A model generated the notes under the pieces. It was given only the letters and a program-made list of their open reading frames with translations. It was not told the DNA's origin and made no database searches. A DNA stretch of 64,000 bases. Source: a virus. Shown piece after piece: positions 38,136 to 46,414 of the stretch. The stretch spans positions 61,678 through 125,677 of IMG/VR virus record IMGVR_UViG_3300046804_002503, one strand, 5' to 3'. Position 1 is the first letter of the stretch. Each line of letters starts with the position of its first letter. The position numbers and the translations under genes are program-made.

Positions 38136-38145
38136 TAATAGAATT
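38112..38145 (+). promoter_or_regulatory. Sigma70-type promoter, leaderless geometry (gp41 helicase)
   Basis: TTGATT-16-TATAAT-6 nt-GTG. Confidence 0.7.
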
Positions 38146-39531
38146 GTGAAGTCTCATCTACCGTTAGATTTAAATCTTCTAGAAAAATTAATCATATATA
38201 ATGCTATCATGGATTCTAGTTATTTAGAATCTATTATAGAGCATGCTAAACCAAAATATTTTGAAGACAAAAACATACGAAGTATATTTGAAAGTTTGGC
38301 AGAATATTTTTCTCATCATAAAAAAATACCCAACATTACAGAATTAAAATTACATCTTGTAGATCCAGAAAAACGCAATGCATTAAAGCAAGTTGTATTG
38401 TCTTTTCAAGACATAGACAAGACATATGACAAAGATACTTTATTAGTCAATTCAGAAAGATTTTTTAGAGAGAAAGCTGTTAAAGATACCATATTAAAAA
38501 TTTCTGTAGAAGTTCAATCAGGTGAAATAAACACTCATAAAATGTTACAAGATGTAGAAGCAGCATGTAACATTAACTTGGTAGAAAGTTTAGGATTTGA
38601 TTATCTAGAAAATATAGACAAACACTGCGAAGAACTTCAAAAAGTATTTAAAACTATTCCATCAAAATGGTCTTGGTTGGATGAAAAAATTGGAGGTGGT
38701 TTCCAAGCAGATGGTAAAGCAATGTATGTGTTTTATGGAGTAACTAACGTTGGTAAATCTATATTTTTAGGTAACATTGCTACAAATATTCTAGACCAAG
38801 ACAAGACAGTTGTTTTGATATCTTTAGAAATGTCTGAGCAAATCTACAGCAAACGTATTAGCTCCCAGCTATCACAAATTGCTATGAATGATTTGTCTAT
38901 TCATGTAGGACCTCTCAAGGACAAAATTATTAGTTATAAAAACAAACACAAAGGCGCTAAATTAATAGTTAAAGAGTTTCCACCCAAGTCAGTCTCTCCA
39001 ACTCATATTAAAGCTTATCTAGAAAAATTAGTACGTAAAGGCATTAAACCTGATGCCATAGTATTAGATTATTTAAATTTGTTAGCACCTCCAGATAGAG
39101 GCATGAACTCATACGAAGCAATTAAACAAATTGCAGAACAAGTACGAGCTTTGTCTTATTTCTTTTCTTGCCCAGTAATCACAGCAACTCAAGCCAATCG
39201 CACAGCTTATGATCAAAAGAATCCTGGATTAGAAACAACTAGCGAGTCAATGGGATTGTCTCATACAGCTGATGCTCAGTTTTCTATTTGGACAGAAGAA
39301 GAAGACTTTGAATTGGGTATTATTCATCTTGGTATAACTAAAAATCGCTTTGGGCCGCGAGAATGTCATACTATTTTGAACATTGATTACCCAACACTTA
39401 CCCTCAAAGATCCAGATGGAATTTCTAGAACTCTAGCAGTTCAAACAAAAAATATACCCGGTATAGGTAAAGACAACAGTATTACCAACACTCTCAGTAT
39501 TATAGAGTCTTTGGGTGATTTAGAAGACTAA
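38146..39531 (+). CDS. gp41: Replicative DNA helicase (gp41, DnaB-like)
   Basis: GVTNVGKS, SLEM, KEFP, LDYLNL, TATQ.NR, SES.G..HTAD, KNRFG. Confidence 0.93.
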   Translation: MKSHLPLDLNLLEKLIIYNAIMDSSYLESIIEHAKPKYFEDKNIRSIFESLAEYFSHHKKIPNITELKLHLVDPEKRNALKQVVLSFQDIDKTYDKDTLLVNSERFFREKAVKDTILKISVEVQSGEINTHKMLQDVEAACNINLVESLGFDYLENIDKHCEELQKVFKTIPSKWSWLDEKIGGGFQADGKAMYVFYGVTNVGKSIFLGNIATNILDQDKTVVLISLEMSEQIYSKRISSQLSQIAMNDLSIHVGPLKDKIISYKNKHKGAKLIVKEFPPKSVSPTHIKAYLEKLVRKGIKPDAIVLDYLNLLAPPDRGMNSYEAIKQIAEQVRALSYFFSCPVITATQANRTAYDQKNPGLETTSESMGLSHTADAQFSIWTEEEDFELGIIHLGITKNRFGPRECHTILNIDYPTLTLKDPDGISRTLAVQTKNIPGIGKDNSITNTLSIIESLGDLED

Positions 39532-39563
39532 GTGCTATTTATACCATTTACTTTAAATAAAAT

Positions 39564-40460
39564 ATGGTTTGCTATCAAGTATACACCCACAAAGATTTAG
39601 ACGGAGCAGTTAGTTTGCTGACCCTTTTGTGGGCTTTACCCAATGATCATATTAGATGGAAAGCATATAACAATCTAGAAATTGATAGCATTAAATCAGA
39701 CCTAGATGAGGTTAATTCACCGTGTCCTACATTTATTTTAGATCTTTCTTTGAGAAAGGAATTTGTAGAGAATTTAGACCTAGAACATATCACTTTTATT
39801 GATCATCACGAGTCGTCAGAACCTCTTTTAAATCAATTTAAAAAAGCAAAAATAATTTACGAGAACACTACCTCTAATGCTTTGTTAATGGCTAAAAAGT
39901 ATTCCACGGCAAATGGATATCCGGCTCGTACTACGGCTCAAAAGACACTTGTAGCCCTAGCAGATGATTTTGATTGTTATAGACTACAAATTCCTGAATC
40001 ATATGATTTAAACATTTTATTTTGGTCTGAATATAAAAATAATTTTACCAAATTTATTAAAGACTATCAGGATGGATTTAAAGGATTTACACCTGAACAA
40101 AAGAAAGCGATAGCTTTTATTAAAAATTCTGCGTATGAACAATCTAAAAAAATTAATTTATTTTCAGGCAATGTTCAATTTGGTTCTAAGTCTAAAAGAG
40201 TTCTAGCGGCTATGGGTGATACCTTCTCTAATTTATGTGCAGACTATCTAATTAAAGATCACAAACCAGACATTTTTATTTTCATTAATTTGAAGTCTGA
40301 AAAGGTTTATATTAGACAACACACTAAAGAAGATCCAATTAATGTAGGCACCTTTGCTGAAAAGATTTGTGAAGGTGGAGGTCACAAACACGCCGGTGGT
40401 GGGGTAATTACTCCATTATTTTTAGAAATAACTAAAAATCTTGTTCCTATAAGTGTATGA
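39564..40460 (+). CDS. DHH/DHHA1 phosphoesterase
   Basis: THKDLDG, LDL, IDHH, DDFD, GGGHKHAGG. Confidence 0.85.
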   Translation: MVCYQVYTHKDLDGAVSLLTLLWALPNDHIRWKAYNNLEIDSIKSDLDEVNSPCPTFILDLSLRKEFVENLDLEHITFIDHHESSEPLLNQFKKAKIIYENTTSNALLMAKKYSTANGYPARTTAQKTLVALADDFDCYRLQIPESYDLNILFWSEYKNNFTKFIKDYQDGFKGFTPEQKKAIAFIKNSAYEQSKKINLFSGNVQFGSKSKRVLAAMGDTFSNLCADYLIKDHKPDIFIFINLKSEKVYIRQHTKEDPINVGTFAEKICEGGGHKHAGGGVITPLFLEITKNLVPISV

Positions 40461-40771
40461 TTATTACTTCCTCTCAACAAATTAAGGATTTAATGAATCC
40501 TTCTGAGGCTTCAAATTTATCTGAATTTGAAAATATTGTGTTAAAATTTGGGTCTTTTGTTTGTATATCTAAAGGCAAAAAATTAAATTTTTTAAATTTT
40601 TTAAAATATTTAATCCAAGATAAAAAGACACAAAAAATATTTTTTGAGTTGCTGGGAGACTATAATTTACATAATATTATACGTACCTACCTGAGCCTTA
40701 CTCCTAATATTAACAAAAAAATATTCCGTTTCCGACAAACCAACAAAAACCTAACAGCAGCGTCTCAATGA
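40457..40771 (+). CDS. Hypothetical protein
   Basis: 104-aa ORF overlapping both neighbours by 4 nt. Confidence 0.5.
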   Translation: MIITSSQQIKDLMNPSEASNLSEFENIVLKFGSFVCISKGKKLNFLNFLKYLIQDKKTQKIFFELLGDYNLHNIIRTYLSLTPNINKKIFRFRQTNKNLTAASQ

Positions 40772-41412
40772 CCTTTCTAGAAAAACAAATATACAATTCC
40801 CACCTCAAGCATTCTAGAAAGGGTCAACCGTGGAAACCACGCAACAATTTTGATGATTTAGCTCCAAACATCAAAAATCATTTACTACATCTTGGTGATT
40901 TTTTTAGAAAATTTTCTTTCATAAGTATAGACGATTTTTTTAGTGCTCCTCTAAATTTACATCCAGATGAACCATATCCCTATCTGGATTACTTCTGCAC
41001 ACGCAAGGCTATAAAAGCTTATAATTTATATAAGACCAAGCTTCGTAACGAGAACCCTGACAATCAGCTAGAAGATATTAAAAAGGGATTTGCTTTTATA
41101 GGTTCTTATTGTGTAGACAATAAAATAAATTTATCAGATTATATACATCAAAAGAATGGATTGATGCCAGTGTGGGCAGAACATTATAGGCAATATCAAA
41201 TTAATCCTTATTGCTTGATGGAGTTGGGAGACCTCCAACTAGACACCTTTTCATCAGACGAATTAGAACTGTGGATGCCTAACCTTAAAGACACTTTTAT
41301 GGCTTTTAAAACGCGCTATACTAATTCTTCTCAAGCCAGAACTCTTGTAAAAAAGGCTTCTGAGCAGATAAAAAATTTCATCACCTCTGTGTTGAAAAAC
41401 CAAACAAAATAA
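40768..41412 (+). CDS. Hypothetical protein, positional gp59 (helicase loader) candidate
   Basis: Basic helical protein of similar size, directly upstream of gp32 as in T4; no diagnostic motif. Confidence 0.4.
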   Translation: MTFLEKQIYNSHLKHSRKGQPWKPRNNFDDLAPNIKNHLLHLGDFFRKFSFISIDDFFSAPLNLHPDEPYPYLDYFCTRKAIKAYNLYKTKLRNENPDNQLEDIKKGFAFIGSYCVDNKINLSDYIHQKNGLMPVWAEHYRQYQINPYCLMELGDLQLDTFSSDELELWMPNLKDTFMAFKTRYTNSSQARTLVKKASEQIKNFITSVLKNQTK

Positions 41413-41420
41413 CCTAATAT
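41392..41420 (+). promoter_or_regulatory. Sigma70-type promoter for gp32
   Basis: TTGAAA-17-TAATAT, followed by an A/C-rich 15-nt stretch to ATG. Confidence 0.55.
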
Positions 41421-41435
41421 AACAAACATAAACCA

Positions 41436-42302
41436 ATGAAATATTCAACCTCACTATTTAATTCAATCAAAGACGCTTTGGCCAAGAAGAGCAATTCTTC
41501 AGATGGAAATTTCAAAGATTTCCTCAAGCTAGAGATTGGAAAGACCTATTTGGTCCGTCTCATTCCGAACCTTGCACATCCAGAAAGAACTATCTTCCAC
41601 TATTATCATCACCTTTGGAATAGCACAGTTACACAAGAATTAGTTTCAGTTCTTTGTCCTGCTACAGTTAAGGAAAGGTGCCCCATTGATGAGTATCGTT
41701 CCAAGATTTACAAAACCAACGATAAAGCAGAGATCGAAAAGATTAAACCCATTAAACGCAATGAAAATTGGTTAGTCAATGTATTTGTAATCAAAGATCC
41801 AACCAATCCAGATAATCAAGGCCAAACCAAAATTCTTCGTTATGGTAAGCAATTGGACAAGATTATCACTTCAGCAATGGAGGGCGATGATGCAGAAGAC
41901 TTTGGTGCAAAGATTTTTGACTTGTCAGAAAACGGATGCAATTTGCGTATTAAAGTAGAAGAAAATGAAGGCGGATATCCAACTTATGTTGCATCAAGAT
42001 TCTTGACACCTTCAGCTTTAGAAGGAGATCCAGATCAAGATGAGATTTACAATTCAGTTAAATCATTGGATACCATTTTTGAATTGAAACCTTATGATGA
42101 AATTCAAAAGTTGTTGAATGTTCACTTCTTGGGTAAGACAGAAGAAGTAGCATCTAGACCAGCTGCTAAGCAAGCTTCTAAGCCTGAACCAGAAGAAGAT
42201 GAATATGAATCTTATTCAACTCCTCAATCTAAACAAACAGAGACAGTAGAAGAAGAAAGTCCTATTGACGATCGCATCCATGATATTCTCAAAGATCTGT
42301 AA
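41436..42302 (+). CDS. gp32: Single-stranded DNA-binding protein (gp32-like)
   Basis: VRLIP, H, CP....CPI, VNV.VI.DP.NPDN.G..KILRYG, FD...G.N..IK, Y..S.F, acidic tail. Confidence 0.88.
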   Translation: MKYSTSLFNSIKDALAKKSNSSDGNFKDFLKLEIGKTYLVRLIPNLAHPERTIFHYYHHLWNSTVTQELVSVLCPATVKERCPIDEYRSKIYKTNDKAEIEKIKPIKRNENWLVNVFVIKDPTNPDNQGQTKILRYGKQLDKIITSAMEGDDAEDFGAKIFDLSENGCNLRIKVEENEGGYPTYVASRFLTPSALEGDPDQDEIYNSVKSLDTIFELKPYDEIQKLLNVHFLGKTEEVASRPAAKQASKPEPEEDEYESYSTPQSKQTETVEEESPIDDRIHDILKDL

Positions 42303-42308
42303 TTTTAT

Positions 42309-42336
42309 TAGCAATCTAAAAAACTTACTCTATAAT
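42309..42336 (+). promoter_or_regulatory. Putative promoter for folE2
   Basis: TAGCAA-16-TATAAT. Confidence 0.45.
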
Positions 42337-42357
42337 AAAAACCAACCATCAAATAAT

Positions 42358-43200
42358 ATGCCTAGAATCAAAACCAACGCAGACATTCCTGATATCCAAA
42401 ATACACTTGACGGCTTTCCTAAAAAGTACATTCCCAAGGTAGGATCACGCAACATTGTTGTTCCTATGGAGATCATTCGTAAAGATGGATCTATCAATCC
42501 TACTAAAGCTATCATCAGTATGTACACGGATCTTACTCCAGAGGTTAAGGGTACAAACATGAGTCGCTATCGTATTTTGGTAGAAGAAGTCTTAGCCAAC
42601 AAGACTCATCGTATTGATGAGGTTATGGACATTCTTCTAGATGAATGCAAGGAACGCCTCAAGAGTCAAAATGCTTATATCAAAATTAAGTTTGACTATT
42701 TCTTGAAGAAAGAAGCACCTGTATCTAAAGTTGTTTCACACATGGATTATCAAGGATCTTTTGAAGGTCGTTTGGTAAACGGTGAGAAGAAGTTTTACCT
42801 ACACGCCAATGTGTTGTATGCTTCTTTGTGTCCTTGCTCCAAAGAGATCTCGGATTACGGAGCTCATAACCAACAGTCTTATGCTGATGTAACAGTACAG
42901 CTGTCCAAGACAGGAGTAGACTCAGATGTTTATTGGTTTGAAGAATTGGTTCAAGCAGTGGAAAAGAGTTCTTCTGCACCAATTGTCAATGCTCTCAAGC
43001 GAGTAGATGAAGCATATCAAACCGAATTGATGTATGAAAACCCAGTCTTCGTTGAAGACATGGTACGTAAAGTAGCAGTTGAGCTAGATAAAGACTTAGA
43101 TGGTCGCATTAAAGATTATCTTGTAATTGTTAACCATTACGAATCTATTCACAGTTCTATTGCAGTAAGTGTAATTAATGCAGGAAGAGAATTAAAATAA
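42358..43200 (+). CDS. folE2: GTP cyclohydrolase I type B
   Basis: PDIQ, KGTNMSR, LCPCSKEIS..GAHNQ, KRVDE, ENP.FVEDMVR, ESIH; start placed at MPRIK after the promoter. Confidence 0.93.
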   Translation: MPRIKTNADIPDIQNTLDGFPKKYIPKVGSRNIVVPMEIIRKDGSINPTKAIISMYTDLTPEVKGTNMSRYRILVEEVLANKTHRIDEVMDILLDECKERLKSQNAYIKIKFDYFLKKEAPVSKVVSHMDYQGSFEGRLVNGEKKFYLHANVLYASLCPCSKEISDYGAHNQQSYADVTVQLSKTGVDSDVYWFEELVQAVEKSSSAPIVNALKRVDEAYQTELMYENPVFVEDMVRKVAVELDKDLDGRIKDYLVIVNHYESIHSSIAVSVINAGRELK

Positions 43201-43201
43201 T

Positions 43202-43672
43202 ATGAGTGTTGACAAAGATCTTTTAATGTTTGCCGCAATGGCTAATGGTGAACTCAATCGAGTTGATAAGTTAATGGTTGGAAAGAATTCAGCAGAAGGA
43301 AGTATCAATAAACTTGATATCAATTCTCTGGTTCGTGGACAACGTACGATCATTCAAAATAGCGAAGCGTTTCAGGGATATGTTCCAGAAACTCTTGTTC
43401 AGCAAATGGTACCTGACACCAGCTCTGCAGCTACATTTAATCCAGATCCAGTCAACATTTCTATTACTGAAATGCAGCAGCCGACACAACTACCGGCTGC
43501 TGTTTCTTTACCAATCTCTAAAGTTTCAGCGCCAGAATTAGAATCTTTAGCAGAAGACATTAAGACTATTAAGTCTACTCTTTTGCGTATTGATTCTACT
43601 TTTACAAAGATTTCTGGAATGATGGGTAAAGTGTTTAATTTTATCACTCAAAAAGAAACACTTAACAAGTAA
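43202..43672 (+). CDS. Hypothetical protein
   Basis: 156-aa ORF with C-terminal coiled coil. Confidence 0.55.
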   Translation: MSVDKDLLMFAAMANGELNRVDKLMVGKNSAEGSINKLDINSLVRGQRTIIQNSEAFQGYVPETLVQQMVPDTSSAATFNPDPVNISITEMQQPTQLPAAVSLPISKVSAPELESLAEDIKTIKSTLLRIDSTFTKISGMMGKVFNFITQKETLNK

Positions 43673-43677
43673 TATTA

Positions 43678-44439
43678 ATGACGCATATTCCTCTTCCAAA
43701 GAGCTTTTTGGAGAAGATTCTTAAACCAATCAATAGATTGACAGAGAGTTGTGTATTAAACATAACACCTTCAAGTATTTATTCTATCAGTGCCTCAGCT
43801 GATAATACGGTAATTCTTTACGCAAAAGCTCAGTTTCCTAAAGAGTCAGAATTTGTAAAAGAATCTATTCGTCTTAATATTATTAGTATCAAACGGTTAC
43901 TATCTGGTTTAGAATGTCTAGGAGATAATGGTCAATTTAGTATTGAGTTAGAATCTAACAATATTAAATGTCAAAGTGTAGACCACGAGACTGAAGAAAA
44001 AACCTATTTTAAGTATCATTTAGTTGATGATAGTATTGTACGCGAAGCCGCTGTCAATATTAATAAAATATCCTCTCTTAAATTTGATACAGAATTTACT
44101 ATTTCACAAAGTAAATTAAAACAATTAATGTATGGTTATAGTTTTACGTCAGACTTAACTAAAATCTACTTTTCCACCAAAGAAAATAAGGTTTACGCAG
44201 AGATTGACGATAAGACTCTTCAAAACGTGGACAACATTACTTTGGTTGCAGCATCAGAGTATATTGGCACTTCTTTAGAACAACCAGTTCCTATTAGCAT
44301 GGAAGTGTTCAAGAACCTGGCTTTGTGTCGCAATGACATTAAGGTTAAGATTAACAATCAATATAAAGTTTTTGTGTTTCAAAACACAGAAGAAGAGAGT
44401 ATAGAATTAAAATACATCATTTCAGCACTAGTAAAATAA
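43678..44439 (+). CDS. gp45: DNA polymerase sliding clamp (gp45/PCNA-like)
   Basis: About 250 aa, alternating alpha/beta pattern, KYHLVD hinge, C-terminal LKYIISAL; replication-cluster context. Confidence 0.7.
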   Translation: MTHIPLPKSFLEKILKPINRLTESCVLNITPSSIYSISASADNTVILYAKAQFPKESEFVKESIRLNIISIKRLLSGLECLGDNGQFSIELESNNIKCQSVDHETEEKTYFKYHLVDDSIVREAAVNINKISSLKFDTEFTISQSKLKQLMYGYSFTSDLTKIYFSTKENKVYAEIDDKTLQNVDNITLVAASEYIGTSLEQPVPISMEVFKNLALCRNDIKVKINNQYKVFVFQNTEEESIELKYIISALVK

Positions 44440-44462
44440 ACCAACATTATTAAATAAAACAT

Positions 44463-44786
44463 ATGGCAAAAAATAAAATCACAACCTGTAGTTACTTCAT
44501 TAAACGCTTGAGAGACAGTGGTTATGTAGCAGACAAATTGTTCAGTGAATTCGGTCAACATGATCCTCGTTCTTGGACGGCTATTATTGATCCCGGTGTA
44601 TCTTCTGTTTTTGTAACTTGTTATAATAACCATAACAATTTAGGAGAAGAATATTTTGAAATCTATGACGGTGGGCAGTTTGTTCCTAATAACTTTAAAA
44701 TCAAGACCAGTTCTATTGAAGTGGTTATCGAGTATTTGGTTAAGTTTGGAGTAAATAATAAAGCATCCACTTATGCCATCGCCTAG
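44463..44786 (+). CDS. Hypothetical protein
   Basis: 107-aa ORF; TAAATA 6 nt upstream. Confidence 0.6.
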   Translation: MAKNKITTCSYFIKRLRDSGYVADKLFSEFGQHDPRSWTAIIDPGVSSVFVTCYNNHNNLGEEYFEIYDGGQFVPNNFKIKTSSIEVVIEYLVKFGVNNKASTYAIA

Positions 44787-45252
44787 ACCCAGAAAGAATA
44801 AAAAAGACAAGCCAAATTCTAAACAACAAACACCGCCAGCTGCTAACAATCCCTCGGGCAAGTTTCAAATAGCAGTGGCGGTGCCCTCTTTGTCTGGTTT
44901 AGATGAAAAAACTGCTGATAGAATCTTATCAGAAGTTAAACAAAACATTTATAATTCTATAAATGATTCTGAATTACAAGGAGCTTTGGATGCTTGGCTA
45001 AAGAAAAACCAATCAGCTTCTAAGATCGAAGAAAGAGACTATCATCTTTTAAAATCTGTTATCACTGAATATCTAGACAGCTATCTGTTAATAGGTTATA
45101 ACACTATAGGTGATAGAATTTTAATTCAACATGCTGCATCTGCCAAAGATCAAGATGCTATTGTTGAATTTTTGAAAAATGTTTTTCTTTCTCATCAACA
45201 ACAAACTCAAATGAAATTTTTAGATGAAGATGATTTAGACAGCGAAACGTAA
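44773..45252 (+). CDS. Hypothetical protein
   Basis: Basic N-terminus; EYLDSYLLIGY...G core. Confidence 0.55.
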   Translation: MPSPRPRKNKKDKPNSKQQTPPAANNPSGKFQIAVAVPSLSGLDEKTADRILSEVKQNIYNSINDSELQGALDAWLKKNQSASKIEERDYHLLKSVITEYLDSYLLIGYNTIGDRILIQHAASAKDQDAIVEFLKNVFLSHQQQTQMKFLDEDDLDSET

Positions 45253-45253
45253 T

Positions 45254-46414
45254 ATGGATCGTAAATTAGTAGATATTTTAAACGCAGCTCGCAAAGAAAA
45301 GGCAGCTGCTAATAAAAAACCTGGTGGGAGTATAATAGTTACAAATAGCTCTTACTCTTCTCAAAGCAGAGAAAGTGACCCACGTATTCAAGATATAGTA
45401 GAACACGTGCCTATTGATAACTCTTCTGAGGTTTACACATCCACAGTAAACAAAGACACAAACAATGAACCCATCATTACTCCCACTTCTACTGTAGAGG
45501 ATCATATATATTCTCAAAGATATCAAGCAATATCTCACGGCACTATACTACCTGTAGATATAAAATATGTTTATCCTAACAAAGATTTTCCAGCTTCTTT
45601 AGTAGAAAGTTCTACCCAAGAAGATCCCTATGGTATAAATTACGATCCAAGCGCTTTTCATCAAAAATTGGCCCGAGCAGCTTTGGATGAAAATTTTAAT
45701 GGTGAATTAAAATTACCAGAAATATTTCCTGAGTGGAAGGCTTTTTTACCAGATATTAATGCTTGGTCCTTGGTAGGAGACCCTCGTTGGACTTTAGGAT
45801 ATGCCCTTCAAGGTATGTTTCAATGGTGGTGGCCACGAGTCAAAGCTTATATAGATTACCTTACAAATAAAGGACTCATCATAAAAAACAATTATATTTG
45901 TGACTCTGATGGGCAACAAATTATCGAATATACAGAAGACAATTTAAATTCTCTTTTAATACAAGGTAATCCTTCAGCCACTGCAGATATACCTAAACCC
46001 GTAACAGCAGAAGAAATACTTGCAGAATTTAACAGACAACGCATTAATGCTCTGCAAAAAAGTGCAGATGCTTTTGTAGAATATATAAGAAAAAAATACT
46101 TAGACAGAGGATTTTTTGTTGAGTCTTATTACTATCACCCTATGAGGTTGTATGTTTTAAAATGTTATAATTTGGACTATAGGGGATCTTTGATAAATGT
46201 AAAGTATGTCAAATATTATCACGATCAAATAGATTATATAATAAACAAATTAAAAATACCCATTCAGCAGATAAATGATCAAGGATTTGCAATTCACCTT
46301 TTAGAAGGCAACCTATACGAAGACGTCAAACTGCCTATACCAGACTACATCAAGAGACTTAAAGAACTTAACAAAAATTTAAAAGAAACAGATGACGACC
46401 AATTAACAGTCTAA
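45254..46414 (+). CDS. Hypothetical protein
   Basis: 386-aa ORF, last of the plus-strand block. Confidence 0.55.
   Translation: MDRKLVDILNAARKEKAAANKKPGGSIIVTNSSYSSQSRESDPRIQDIVEHVPIDNSSEVYTSTVNKDTNNEPIITPTSTVEDHIYSQRYQAISHGTILPVDIKYVYPNKDFPASLVESSTQEDPYGINYDPSAFHQKLARAALDENFNGELKLPEIFPEWKAFLPDINAWSLVGDPRWTLGYALQGMFQWWWPRVKAYIDYLTNKGLIIKNNYICDSDGQQIIEYTEDNLNSLLIQGNPSATADIPKPVTAEEILAEFNRQRINALQKSADAFVEYIRKKYLDRGFFVESYYYHPMRLYVLKCYNLDYRGSLINVKYVKYYHDQIDYIINKLKIPIQQINDQGFAIHLLEGNLYEDVKLPIPDYIKRLKELNKNLKETDDDQLTV

Noticed and set aside
42265-42357. N-terminal extension of FolE2 in the ORF track
   Set aside because: It overlaps gp32 and spans a promoter; MPRIK at 42358 is the more plausible start
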